Positions 38,431-54,444 of a DNA stretch of 64,000 bases are shown piece after piece. The stretch is from Tubiluchus corallicola. Its lineage: Eukaryota; Animalia; Priapulida. Positions within the stretch are counted from its first letter, which is position 1, and each line of letters opens with the position of its first letter. The notes below the pieces were generated by a model. The model searched no databases and had not been told where the DNA came from. It saw nothing but the letters and a program-made list of their open reading frames with translations. Made by a program: the position numbers and the translations under genes. The DNA is taken from positions 1,103,173 through 1,167,172 of the forward strand of contig JAQGDQ010000007.1 of NCBI GenBank assembly GCA_030141605.1, given 5' to 3'.

Positions 38431-40137
38431 TTTTCTCTTGGATTCACTCGGCTTTACAAACAGACTTTATTTTTCAAATATGACAGTCAGTCACGAGAAA
38501 ACCGGACCACGGTTAATTACAAAAAATTACGTTACATAGTTCATCTGTGATGTGAAGGTCGTCGAAGTTTTCTTAACTTTACTCGTTTGATTAAGCATCT
38601 TTGTTGCCATCTTAGAATGGATCAAACGCGATTAATTATAGTAATTTCCAGTTTGAATGTTGATTTATGAAGTAACGGTAGGGTGTGTGCATGTGTGTTG
38701 CTGCAAGCAACACGACTTCGCTTTTATTATCATGTGTTGATTTTTTGTGCGGAAATGCGCATATCGTTACGATAACCTTAAGATAATGTTTTAAAAATTT
38801 GAAACCGCTTTTTGTTTTATAAAATTAAGGTTAATTTTAATTTAGAAGTTGCCTGCTTTCTTACTTGCCTGTATACTTGCCTCAATTATGAACGGAATTT
38901 TAGTTGCATCCCATTGCCGGGGAATCCAATGTGAGTGCTCGGACGTTAGTCTAGTGGAATTCCTGCTTCATGGACAGACCCTATTCGTAAAATTCGCATA
39001 AATGTACAAACCTTCGAATCTATGTTGAACGGTGGGCCATAATGACAGGTTGATTCTAACGCTTAATATCTGCCTTCCCGTAAGTCTTGAAAAACTGAGC
39101 TTCCCAGTTTCCCTTTTGCGAGTTCCATTGTGGCCGTAAATTACACTGCAACATTTGTCAGTCCATCCAAGGTTAGGCTATATGTTTTTATGAATGAACC
39201 AAATCAGTAAGAAAGCAGCATATCGCGTGACGGGATTTTCCTTTGAATGAAACGCGTGTTTTAATGCTGTTTGAGGCAAGTTCTTTAAAGCTGAAGAAAA
39301 TACTTATCCTTAAACACAACAGTGAACATTGGTACCTCAAGTAATGAGCGTGAGAACTGGTCTAATATTGATTTTGTCGTGACATCTTATGTTGTAACCA
39401 AATAAATTTCATTCAAATTTCATGATTGCAGATATTCATGTTATCATTTAGGATAAACTGGAAGGTCGTTCCAAAATTTTTTAATCGGAAATGACAAGAT
39501 AAAATTCTGCCCACGTTTTGTATATTGATTATATTAGATTTGTTTTAATAATGATGTCTTTCAATCATCTTCACAGTGTTAACATTATATTAAATGGGTC
39601 ATTTTTAGCATGGGTTACGTGAGACAGTGGGGATAATGAATGACATGCTATGTAAATTATTTGCAATTGTAATTGCTTTGAAAAAAATAAAAGAATAAAA
39701 GTCGGCAGTGGCTTATAAACCTTGCCCCCAATTTTGCCTCAAGTAATCTTGCTGCCTCAATTAACCCCATTTTACTTACTCTTAATTATCTTTTAGTATT
39801 TTAATACAGTACTTTATTCCATTAAAGTTTGTTTCAGCACACTACAATGTTGTGTAAATAATATAAACTTACACTAAGAAACACCAATTCGTGAACTACC
39901 AAAATACAGGTACTAAAGTGGAATATAAGCAATTTATATATTTTTTAAATAGATCATCTGTTAAAGACCAGTTATTTTATATAAATCTGTAATTATACTA
40001 ATTTATCCCAGACCAATCCCAAACCAATCAGGAACATTGGGCACACGTATCGCGCAGATACTTGAAAACACAATACGTATTTACGCAAATACCATGTTTT
40101 AATTTTTATATTTAAATGGTATTTTAGCGGCATATAT

Positions 40138-41130
40138 GAGGTGATTACAAATAAAAATGGCACAGGAAAAATGGCTTGTAAAAATGGCATAACAAAAATG
40201 AAACAAATGAAAAAATATACAAAAATGGCACAGGTAAAAATGGCACAGGAAGAAATGGCATAGGAAAATATGGCACAGGAAAAAATGGCACAAATGGATG
40301 GAAAAGTGGGTAAAAATGGCAAAGGTAAAAACGGCAAACAAAAAAATGCGCACTTAGTAAAATATGTGTTTAGGGTTATAGTTAGAGTGGGGAGATAATT
40401 ATTTTAGCTGGTTTTACCTTTGCCAGGCTTGAAGCTATGCTTGAACACAGTTTGTTTGGTTGTTTTTGTCTGTTATGGCAGTAAGTCTATTACGCAAAAA
40501 CTATCTAACAGATTTCCAAGAAACTTTGTTAAGAAAGGTGGGCTTAGGGTACCAAAATGAGAGTCTTTTAGCCGGTACTTTTCAGGCAAAACTTAATCGA
40601 ATACTACGAACAAACAAAAAACATCCGTAAAGTACTTCGAGAAGATCTCAGAGGGAGTGTTTAGTACTTCTTTTTTGTTACCTCCACCTAACTTTTTTTA
40701 TTAATTTGTATATCCTAATAAGGAGACTTGTAGGTATATATTCTTCAATTTATTAAAATCGTCAGATTAAAGGTAGATAAGCACTATGTGGAACATTCGT
40801 GCATTATTGATTATAAATCTATTCAATGAACAAATATTTCGCTATTCTATACTCTTTATTATTATACCAATACAGGCACATTTTTGTACGTTTGTTGTTT
40901 ATCTTTCTGTTAAGTTTTTCAAATAAAGAATCAGACGAACGAACAAGTTTAGGATTGTTTGGCTTTAACTGAAATCTGCTTCATATTGAGCCCATTCTAG
41001 TTTTATTATAAAAATTAACTGCATCAAAATAATATATGTGCCATTTTTCCTACTTTTCCATTTGTACCATTTTTTCGTGTGCCATTTTTCCTGTACCAGT
41101 TTTTTCCTGTGCCATTTTTACCGCACACCA
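40138..41130. mobile_element. MITE with subterminal 'aaaaatggcacagg' repeats in inverted arms
   Basis: Left arm 40150-40340 (aaaaatggca)n; right arm 41035-41130 (tgccattttt)n. Confidence 0.7.
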
Positions 41131-41723
41131 TATGGGGCTGTGATCTAATATAAACCAAAATTTTTTGAAAGCGTTGATAACTATATATCAAGAGTGATGA
41201 AGAGAGCCGACAAACAAATGGATTAAACGGCTATAAAATGGAAACAAGAAATCACTGAACACAATGCGTATCATAAAGAAGACCACCTCTGCGGCTTTCT
41301 AAAAAGGAATTGTGCTGTTAACGTCGGCAGCTTTGTTTTGTCAAACCAGACTTTTAATGCAGCGTCCATCTGGAGCTATTGTCTCTTCCCTCAGCGCAAT
41401 CCCAAACGTTATAAAACTAATCTGGGCTTAGACCTGGTGAGCACAGATATTTCGCAGCACCTGAAAGCGAAGTGCCTTAATTAAATTCTTCAGGTAATGA
41501 GAAATATTCGTGAGACTGCCTCAAAACAAAAGAGGTTGTAAACTGGCTCATCCTTTAACAAAGTCCACCCATCAAAACCGGACGGGTTAGGTGCTTGAGT
41601 ATTCTTTTGGAATAAGGTATTTTGATTAGTAAACAACAAATCAGGAGAGTTATAAGAGGCAGGTCTTCGAGTATCGTCTCATTGTAGCCAAGGAAGAGAA
41701 TCGTTGTTCACATGTCTGTCACC

Positions 41724-44700
41724 ATGAAGTCTACATTGGTAGCTGTTGCACTGGTTTTGGTTATGTTCCAGCTTCATGGTATGTTATTACTTACTAAAAT
41801 TTTCGCTTATATCGTTAAAGTTTTGTGCATAAGATCACTTTTGGGGGGTAAGCTGTTCAGAATATGTCTACTACGGAATCGCAGTTAACAACTTTTTTAG
41901 CTATGTGAGTTGTTAGCAATAAAAGCCAGAAAAAGACCTTCCCTTTTGAACTGTTTTGTCTCTTTGTTGCTAAGCTACTTTCAGTCATTTCTATGCAGTG
42001 GAAGAATTCTTCCGTTTTAAAGTTAATTTCATGGTATTTCGTTGTATGGGGGATATTAAAATGTGTTTGCTTACTTGGCAACACACAGTGACCAGAAACT
42101 CATAAGTCATGATTCTTGCACTTGTTATTTTCCTTATTCAGATAACAGGTAACAGTGTTATTATTCAAGAGTTTACTTTAATATAACTTTATTGTGTTAC
42201 AACTTTAACAATTATTATGTTACATTTACGTAAGTTCACTTTTTATTTTGACGTGTTTTTGCTCAGCTGTCTAACTTCACATTGCTCAAGAACGTAATTT
42301 TCAGTTTACTTGCTCAACATATTAATACTGTTTAATCTAATTATTACGTTGTACGAGGAATTGCGGATTTGCCGTCAAGTTCTATTGATATAGAGACTAA
42401 AGAGAAACAAAAAAACTCATATACTATTTACAGATTCGCGTCTAAGTAAAACACAAATTTAATTTTTCCATCTGGCCAAATGTTCCATCGCTTTAATTAT
42501 ACCTCGTGTTGAAAAAAATTGAAAAAGGAAAAGTAATTTCAATAAATGCGCCCGCAATTAAAAAAGGCACATCAACGTTCTTTGTTTTGTGGCCAGCTGC
42601 TCCAGCACAATGGAAATGGAATAGTTATAATTAAAAAGAATCATAAATTTTCAGAAAATAGTCATCTTTTAATATTATGCTAAATACGTACATTTGTTAA
42701 TTCATCCATATCATTGTTCGTTCGTTCTTTTATACTATTATCAATACATTAATTTCAGTGCAAATACTCAGTATTTATATTTAAATAGGCTTATACACAA
42801 TTTCAGTTGAGTTAAAAATTGTACCTGTATAATTACGAGTGTCAAATTTCTATGTATTGTATTAAATTTACCGAAAAAGAAAATCTAAAATTTTATCAAT
42901 AGCATGTAAATGCGTTGGTATAAAACGTTTTATCTCCTTTACTTTTCTGTCACAGTGTTATTCATTAAAAAGTAAATACTGTTTGTAAATAAAATGCACT
43001 ACAACCTTACATAAAATCAAAAATTCTTTGCATCCTTTGCTTATGATTTAGAAATGCATAATTTAAATATTGATGACATTTTCGCTCGCTTGTAACCGAA
43101 CTGCTAGTCAAAATTACTTCCTAATCAATAAAAATATTCTGTATTTCAGATCTCCTGTAAATGACAGTTTAAAACTCCAGGAATTTTTGAAAGTACCTTT
43201 CATAGTACATCATGCTCGGTTTTTCTTTTGATCTGTAAACCTGTTTACATAACCATAATAATTAGCATGTTTTTATTAGTTAGCTTCGTCTGAATTTAGC
43301 CTATTATTTGACTTATTTTAACTTACCTGAATATAGATTTCTAGACTTAATCGCTAGACATATGTTCTAACTTTAAACAAACTAAGATTTTAACACTATT
43401 AAATGTAATATTGTGTGGCAGTTACCGTACTGTTCTTTCGTAGCAGACGTGCATTCAGTACTTCTAGCAACTTTACACAAAAATAAAAACAATATAATCA
43501 CACTAGAAAAGAGAATCTGGTATAAAAATTATTAATGTCACGAACCTCCTGAATAGGAGATAACTCCGATCATTTAGCCGAGAAGCAATTTCTTCTCCTT
43601 TTTTATAATAGGATAGGTTAATTCTTTCCCGGTATTGATTAACTGACTGAGTAATATAAATAAACTAATCAATGAATAAATGAATAGATGGATTGGTGGC
43701 TAATCGAATGAAAAATAGTTGAGTGAATGATGCATGAATGGATGGAAAAATGAACGAGTAAATGAATGCACGAACGAGCCAACGACTGAATGAATGAATG
43801 AACGAATAAACGAATGAATCAAAGAACGAACGAACGAGTGAGTAGTGGGTGAGTGAGTGAATGAGTGAATGAATGAATGAATGAATGACTGAGTGAGTGA
43901 GAGAGCGAATGAATGAGTGAGTGAGTGATTGAGTGAGTGAGTGAATGAGTGAGTGAGAGGGAGTGAGTGAGTGAGCAATCGAGTGAGTGAGTGAGTGAGT
44001 GAGTGAGTGAGTGAATGCGTGAGTGAGCGAGCGAATGGGTTAACGCATTAACTGATTAGCAAAGATATATTAAAAATTAAGCTTTTGATTCCCAAAACGC
44101 CAATTAACTTTAAGATTTCCGCGTGGATGAAACTTTCTTGTTTAAATATAACCAAATGGCGATTTCAAAAAGATATCAGAGTAAACTTCAAAGGAGATCA
44201 CTGAAAAATTTTGCATTTTTTTTTATTTTATGAATAGCTTCTTACTAAGGGAAAAGCTGTACCTGCTGTAATTAACAGGCTTACTGAATATGTAGTTAGG
44301 TTATCTTTGCAATTTGCGCTAATATTGTTTACCAAGCTCAAACGAGTTTTGAGGACTAAATGACTTCTAGGCGGGGCATAATAAAAATAAAACGTTGAAC
44401 GTATACCCCTGAAGTGTTGCCATTTCTGGCCAATTGCTGATGCAAAGAAGCCTATGGCTGAGGGGAATTTTGTTTGGAAGACCGTCTTCGCCTCTATATT
44501 TTAACAGGATCGGAACTTTGTGTCGATCCTTTCCTAGACTGGTGGGTAAATGCCGTATTTCATGAAGAAAATCATCAACGGGCTAATAAACCAATTTTTA
44601 TTACAGTTTGACCAAGTTTGTACGATTTTTAACTTAAACGTAACCACATGCACCACAACCACAACCACATACTACTTCCTTATAATTAATGTTATAAATA

Positions 44701-46535
44701 CATTTTAGACCGTTCTTTAAACTGTTTATTTTTATAGAAAAATGTCGTAAAAATTCCAATTTTTTGGTTAATCTTAAATGTCCATTAAGCGATTAAGCAG
44801 AAACCTGAAAGTTCCACTCATTAGAGCGGCTCAATAATTATGTAATGACAAAACATATTAAAAGAATAATTCTAATTAAATATTTATTATTTGTTTTTCA
44901 GTCGCACGTGGTGAATATACAACAACACCATCGCCTGACACGCCTACTCTTGTAGCTGGGTACTACGAACATGGCGATGGTGATGAAAACGGCAGTGGTG
45001 AGGAAGATAATGATAAAACATCAATAGTGCTTACCAGATACTACGGTCCCAGCATCAGCACCACAACAACTGCTCCTGAGCAACGGGGTTACGTGCTCCG
45101 CTCTAGAACATCATCAGAAAAGTCACAGGATCGGATACGCCAGTATTATCATAACAACGGCAATGACGGTAATGATGACAATAACGACAACGATGAACGC
45201 ACACAAAAGCGTGTAGTCTACATCCGAAGAGGCTACAGTGGTGATCACCATGTTGAAGATGATGATGGCGATAACGATGACGACAACGATGAACAAACGC
45301 AAAGACGTGTAATCTACATCCGAAGAGGCTATGATAATGGCGACGATGATGAAGAAGATGATGATGATGATAACGAAGCAAAACGTCGGATTTACATTCG
45401 TAGGCACAGTAGCAGTGAGAATGGTGACAGTGGTGATCACAGTGACCTCGATAACGGCTACAGCAGAGTGACTCGCAGACGTAACAGATTATATCTTGAT
45501 AATGGCGATGACGGCGATGATCGGTACATTTACTTTAGGGGAGATGAAGGAGATGGCAATAGTTATGAAAGCAGACGTCGGGTTTACATTCGAAGAGAAG
45601 AAGCAACAACTGCAGCACCACAGCGTGGTTACTTTTACTACAGAGAAGAAGAACCAACCACTACTGAGCAACCAAGTGGTGAGGAAATCTACAGGCACTA
45701 CTTGAGGAACATCAAACCAAGATTGGACGAAACTCGCCGAAGTAATACACGCCGACGCCAAGCTCATGATGGTGAACGTCGATATTACAGATTGGTTGAA
45801 GAAGAACCTGAGTCACAGGGTTATTATGCAACCCCTGAGCAGGAAAAATCCATAAGCTTTCGTCGCCGTTATGATAGCCGCGATGAAGACATCATTCAAG
45901 TACCAAAGTATCCGCTAATTCGCAGGAGATCTGGTTCAGATGATAACAGAAAATCCAGCGGGCGTCGAGTGTACTTACCAATTGAAGCACCAACTACCAC
46001 TGAGAGACCTGAGATTCGTCATTATTACGTGCGTTCGGAAGAGCCAGCAACTACTGAAACGCCTCGTCAACAACATTATATTCCTCGTCGAGTCTACAGG
46101 CCTGCTGAGTCAACAACAACTGAAGCACCAAGCCACAGTGGCTATTACAGAGCATCTGAATCTGCGAAAACTCAGAAATCAAGCATTCGTCGCTTTTTCA
46201 GACCAAGCAACGAGCGACCATCAAGGAAATCGAGCATTCGACGTTTTATCAGAATAACTGATGAACCCAGACATGAAGAGCCAACATATCGTCAATATTA
46301 CGAACCAGCCGATATCAAAGAAATCAGAAGGCCCACCGTCAGACGATTTTATGAACCTGCTGAACTGACTACCACCGAAAGACCGTCGTTTCGTTATTAT
46401 TATAGGCCTCCTGAGCCAACTACAACTGAACAACCTAGCCGACCGAGGTACCCAGCACACTACAGGTACTATTTCAAAGAAACAACAACAACGGAACAGC
46501 CTACTACACGTCGTCTCTACCACCACGGTTACTAG
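41724..46535 (+). CDS. Secreted Arg/Tyr/Asp/Thr block-repeat protein D (~562 aa)
   Basis: Exon 1 41724-41778 (MKSTLVAVALVLVMFQLH, phase 1, TATAAGA at 41651); exon 2 44902-46535 (VARG|EYTTT..., in frame with the 45027 ORF). Repeats (K/R)R(V/I)xYIRR, D/N-rich blocks, TTTEQP. Confidence 0.85.
43670..44035. repeat. (GAAT)n/(GAGT)n tetranucleotide repeat
   Basis: Visible directly in the intron of gene D. Confidence 0.93.
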
Positions 46536-47830
46536 TGGCATGGGATTACATCAACTTTAGTAGCATGTCCAAAAAGTGACGTATTATAATACTATTTCCA
46601 ATCCGCAAATAATTCAAAAAACTGCACCAAAAAATAAGAAAATAAAAATTGAGAATTTAATTGTATAAATGAACATTCCAAATCTTGTAGCTGCAATATT
46701 TTGTTTTATTGTAAACTTATTATTCACAGAAAGATAAAAAATGATTGTGTCAGTAAATGCGCTGACTGTTGTGACGAGTTAAGAATGCCCTGCAGGGTGG
46801 ATGGTAAAAACAAAACCACTCTCGGCTTACATTTCAGTGCCCAAAACCCGACTTTGTGTTCATTTCTTCTCGTAGAGTCTCGGTGATAAGCCAACAGTTT
46901 GAAATTAGTAGTGTAGTGTTTAGGCGGGCAATAAATACAATTTTTTATGTCGGCCTAAGCTTAGATAATGACAATGATAACTATATCGAATTTAATACTC
47001 TATATTTTGATCATTTTATTCAAAAAGCGAAGACAAGTTAGTTAGTACCCAAATAGACATTGTTCACCGTTTTACATGTAATTTCCATAAACTCTTAATG
47101 GTCACTTATATTTTGTTTTAAAAAATCGATTGCGTTTCATGCTGGGTTCAAACGTTTTGGTATTTTTTGCCTAGTTTAATAAAAGCTGTCTTACAGTAGA
47201 ACGGGAATCTAGAGTAAAAATTACTAATAATATAACAGGAAAGTAGATTTTTAAAACAATAAATGTATAATGAGCAAGATATTTTAAATTATGATTTATT
47301 ATTGTGTTCAGTGTTTGCATGTCTATAATGGCTATCTTTATCGAACTGTCAACTGAAAGCTACTTGGCGTGAAAAAACATAAGACAATGGCTGCTTGCTT
47401 AATCTGAAAACAGTGCCATTATCCAATATTAATAAGAATAATATTTTTATCTGGGCTGTTAACAAGCGTGAATCAATAAACATAAATATTCCAGAAGAAC
47501 AAATTGCCAATGACACTGAACCGTTGATGCTGAAAAGTTAAAGACGTTAAGCATCTTAATTTAAACCAAATTTCTGTAATGCAGGGTAACATGCACCGCA
47601 ATATTAGCTTTTCTGAACAATGAAAAAAATGGGCAAGAAAAGAAAGGAAAAAAAAACAATTTGCGAATTGTTAAGGAATACCTGTCAGGCATTTTTATGT
47701 CGGAGATTTTACTCATCTTAGATTGCAGAACTTCTGGATAAAAAAGTTTCGATGTGGCTAATGCTCCAGGAGCAGTGATACCGATGCTGATATTAACAGA
47801 AAATATAATGCCACCAAATGCGATGCCATT

Positions 47831-47836
47831 CTCTCT

Positions 47837-47877
<41 letters not shown>

Positions 47878-47884
47878 TCTCTCT

Positions 47885-47952
<68 letters not shown>

Positions 47953-47953
47953 A
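47831..47953. repeat. (CT)n microsatellite
   Basis: Visible directly. Confidence 0.95.
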
Positions 47954-48337
47954 CCATCATTTATATCTTTTCAACGCCTCCCTCCCTCCTCCCTTGTTCC
48001 TATCTACAGATAAAGGTTTTGTCTGCAGATAAAGGTTATTAGTATTAGCGTCTTTACATTTCTATTTAATCTACACAGTCATTCTTAAAGATGCCTGCTG
48101 AGCTCCAACCACTTATCTAGAAATAATTACACATTCACCTACTCGTAAATGTTCATCTTTTGTCTTTAGAGCCGTGGAAAGCTCCAGGAGTTTCTTGTGT
48201 TGATTGAAACGATACAAAACTAGTTTTCTCGACATAAGATTTGATTGACATACCTCTCAGAGCAGCATAAGAACTAAAGGATTTGTCTGGAATGACAGAG
48301 TTATAGTTTGTGTGCTGCATTTTAAAAAGTGAAAATC

Positions 48338-51815
<3,478 letters not shown>

Positions 51816-54444
51816 GCTGATTATTCAGATGATTTAATGTCTAACGGGACTGAAGAAGCAGCCTGTACTACAGTAACTTTCACGCTAAATTCTCAGCTCA
51901 GAATTGGCTTAACAAGTAACTACATGTGAAGCTCACTTGAATATATTTGTGCTTATCAGCGCAAGAGGACTTAACTATTCCAAAGCAAAGTTTAACAGCC
52001 ACGAGAAAGTGCTTATCTCAACTAATTAACAAAGATTCAGAAAAATAACAGTTTAACTTTAGATGTTTATTTGCATAAATTATGTGCACAGGAATACAAT
52101 TTAATCTCTTCATAACGCTATCGTAACTCGTAAGAAATGGCTCTTACTTGTAGCCAGATTTATGTAATGTTCATAAATTAACATTTTTGCACTTATACCG
52201 TGTTGCATGGCCGCACTTTAGCTCACCTGTCACCTATTGAACGCATAAAATTACTTTAAAATAGAATATAAGAAATCGTATAACATAGTCGCAAACTATG
52301 CCACTGTAGTAATATATAATTATACACTTTACGTACTAGAAGAAAAAATGACATGATTATTACGGAGACATGTTTGCTTTTATGGCTGAGGTAACGTAAA
52401 TTTGCAACAGCAGGGTCAGAGAAGACTGGCTGACTAGAATGTCACTGGATAGGCGTAGGCATCTTATTTGTTATTTACAGGAATGCCGTATACCACAGCA
52501 CAGTTATTAGTCTAAAGAATACTATGCGTTGAGAGTTGAATACAAACGACGGGGTCTTGCCTCGACGAAATGGTACTAGGTCATTTGTAAGCATTTTTCT
52601 TTTCAACTAATTAATTGAAAAAACGATAGTTGGCGTCTCATGCTGTCCGCTCGAGTTGTCAGTAATATTCGTTTTCGGTTTTGTCAGTGCGAAATTGTGA
52701 CAGCATAATGAGCTTAAATAAATTTTGCAGTGCAAATAAAATTTTCATAAATTACAAATGTAGGCAGAAAAACAGTATTTTAATGCATACTGATTTTTTA
52801 TTGCGTTTTTTATTTTTAAAACTCTTTTGCTTTAAGCAGTAACACGAAGTGCGCTTGTTCCCACACAGAAAAATACGTCAGATTAGATATTTATTTGTTT
52901 ATCTATTTTAGCCTTAAGAAAATAATACAATAACAAAAGGGTTGCAACACAATAAATTGGCTAGGGAAATCTGTGCACCACAATGTGCAACGACCATAGC
53001 ATAACGAACAGGCCGCCCAAAGTAAAGAGTGAACGTAATGATGGATGATTTTGATGTGGTCCGCCCTGGTGCACATTACAGCTCCATTGTGTGTTACAGT
53101 CAGGCATGCAGTATTAATGATAGGTTTTTTTACTGCCCTGAATGCTACAGGACTTAAAGCAAAAAGTCACGAAAACCGTAAACCTAGGCACTGTAAATTG
53201 CGTCAGAGACACGTGAAGAGTAAAATAAACAGCTTGGTTTGAAGGACAAGAAAACCCTTTACTTACATAAGCTAAAAAATTCTCCAAATTTTGTACACCT
53301 ACATGCTGTCTCACTGCGCACTGAGCTTGTATTAGCTGTATAAATCTTGAAAATTTAAACTCTTAAGATGACCATTTGCCGCGGCCAGTAGGTCGGTTGA
53401 AACAAGTTTAAATAACATTGGGGTAAAGTTTAAAAAAATAATCAGAGCATTTGTAGTGCACACTTCACTAGCTAAACAAAAGTATAAATTGCTTTATCCT
53501 GTTAGTAAAATTAGTAGTGTATCTTTGGTGAGTCAGATAGTGGTGCACCCTGGGGAGGTGAGCCACTGACATTTTACCAGTTGGCGCGAACATTTAAATT
53601 ACTGACAGTTTTCTTCTCTAGTTGCGCAAGTTTTCCAAATAAGTAAGCTTAAGGCGAAAGAATATAACTTTGTAAGGAAGGTGTTTCAAGAACATACCTT
53701 AAAATTTTCCTTGTTTTGCCTTTGAAAGAAAGGCTAAGCTTTCTGAAATTCTGAGAAGTTGGACTTATTTCAATATTCGGGATAATTGTTAAAAGATTTA
53801 GTAATAAGAATATGATAAACGCCTTCTGTAATTAGTAAAATCACTTTGAAGTTGCAATCATTATTTTCATGCTTGGGCACTTACATTTTGGATGCCCATT
53901 TGCCCTCCAAGGACGTCGTTCATTAGATGAAGAAAAGCAAAACACTCTCAATTTTAGTCAAAAGTATAACACTTTAAGCTTTAACAAAAAATTAAATAGC
54001 TAATTTTGTAATATTTTTGCACGAATGTTATGTATGCTACAGAAATTTGAATAACTTTAAGCTGAGCGTTCTTATGGAAAGCCACGGTACACTTACAAAA
54101 AGTCATGAAGTAGACCAGCTATGTCATAATTTTCAAGTGAATAGCTGCTACCACCGTATCTGAAGATTTTTCTACAGCGGTAGTGTAAATTAACCTTATA
54201 CTATGTAGGCAGTTTTCCTGCAAATTTGCTTGTTATATTTTTCTAAATTTAAGTAGATAATAGTAAAATAAACCTAATAATCCCAGTTGCAGGAAAGCGG
54301 GTGACACAGGCGGAGAGAAAAAACGAATACTCTGCAGATCGTTAAAAGATGTGTCATACTGCTGTTATTGGGGCGGCGGCCAGAATAAGATAATGAACAA
54401 AATTATTATGTAAATGTGTATTGTGTGGCTGCGAGATAACCAGC

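Noticed and set aside
39993-40353. Cys/Phe repeat ORFs (CAIFS / CHFFL)
   Set aside because: Translation of the MITE's aaaaatggcac subterminal repeats.
45027-46535. Protein D as a neuropeptide precursor (many KR/RR sites)
   Set aside because: Arg pairs are part of the repeat motif itself, there is no consistent G-K/R-R amidation pattern, and the Thr/Pro/Tyr half resembles structural gene E. Not strictly excluded.
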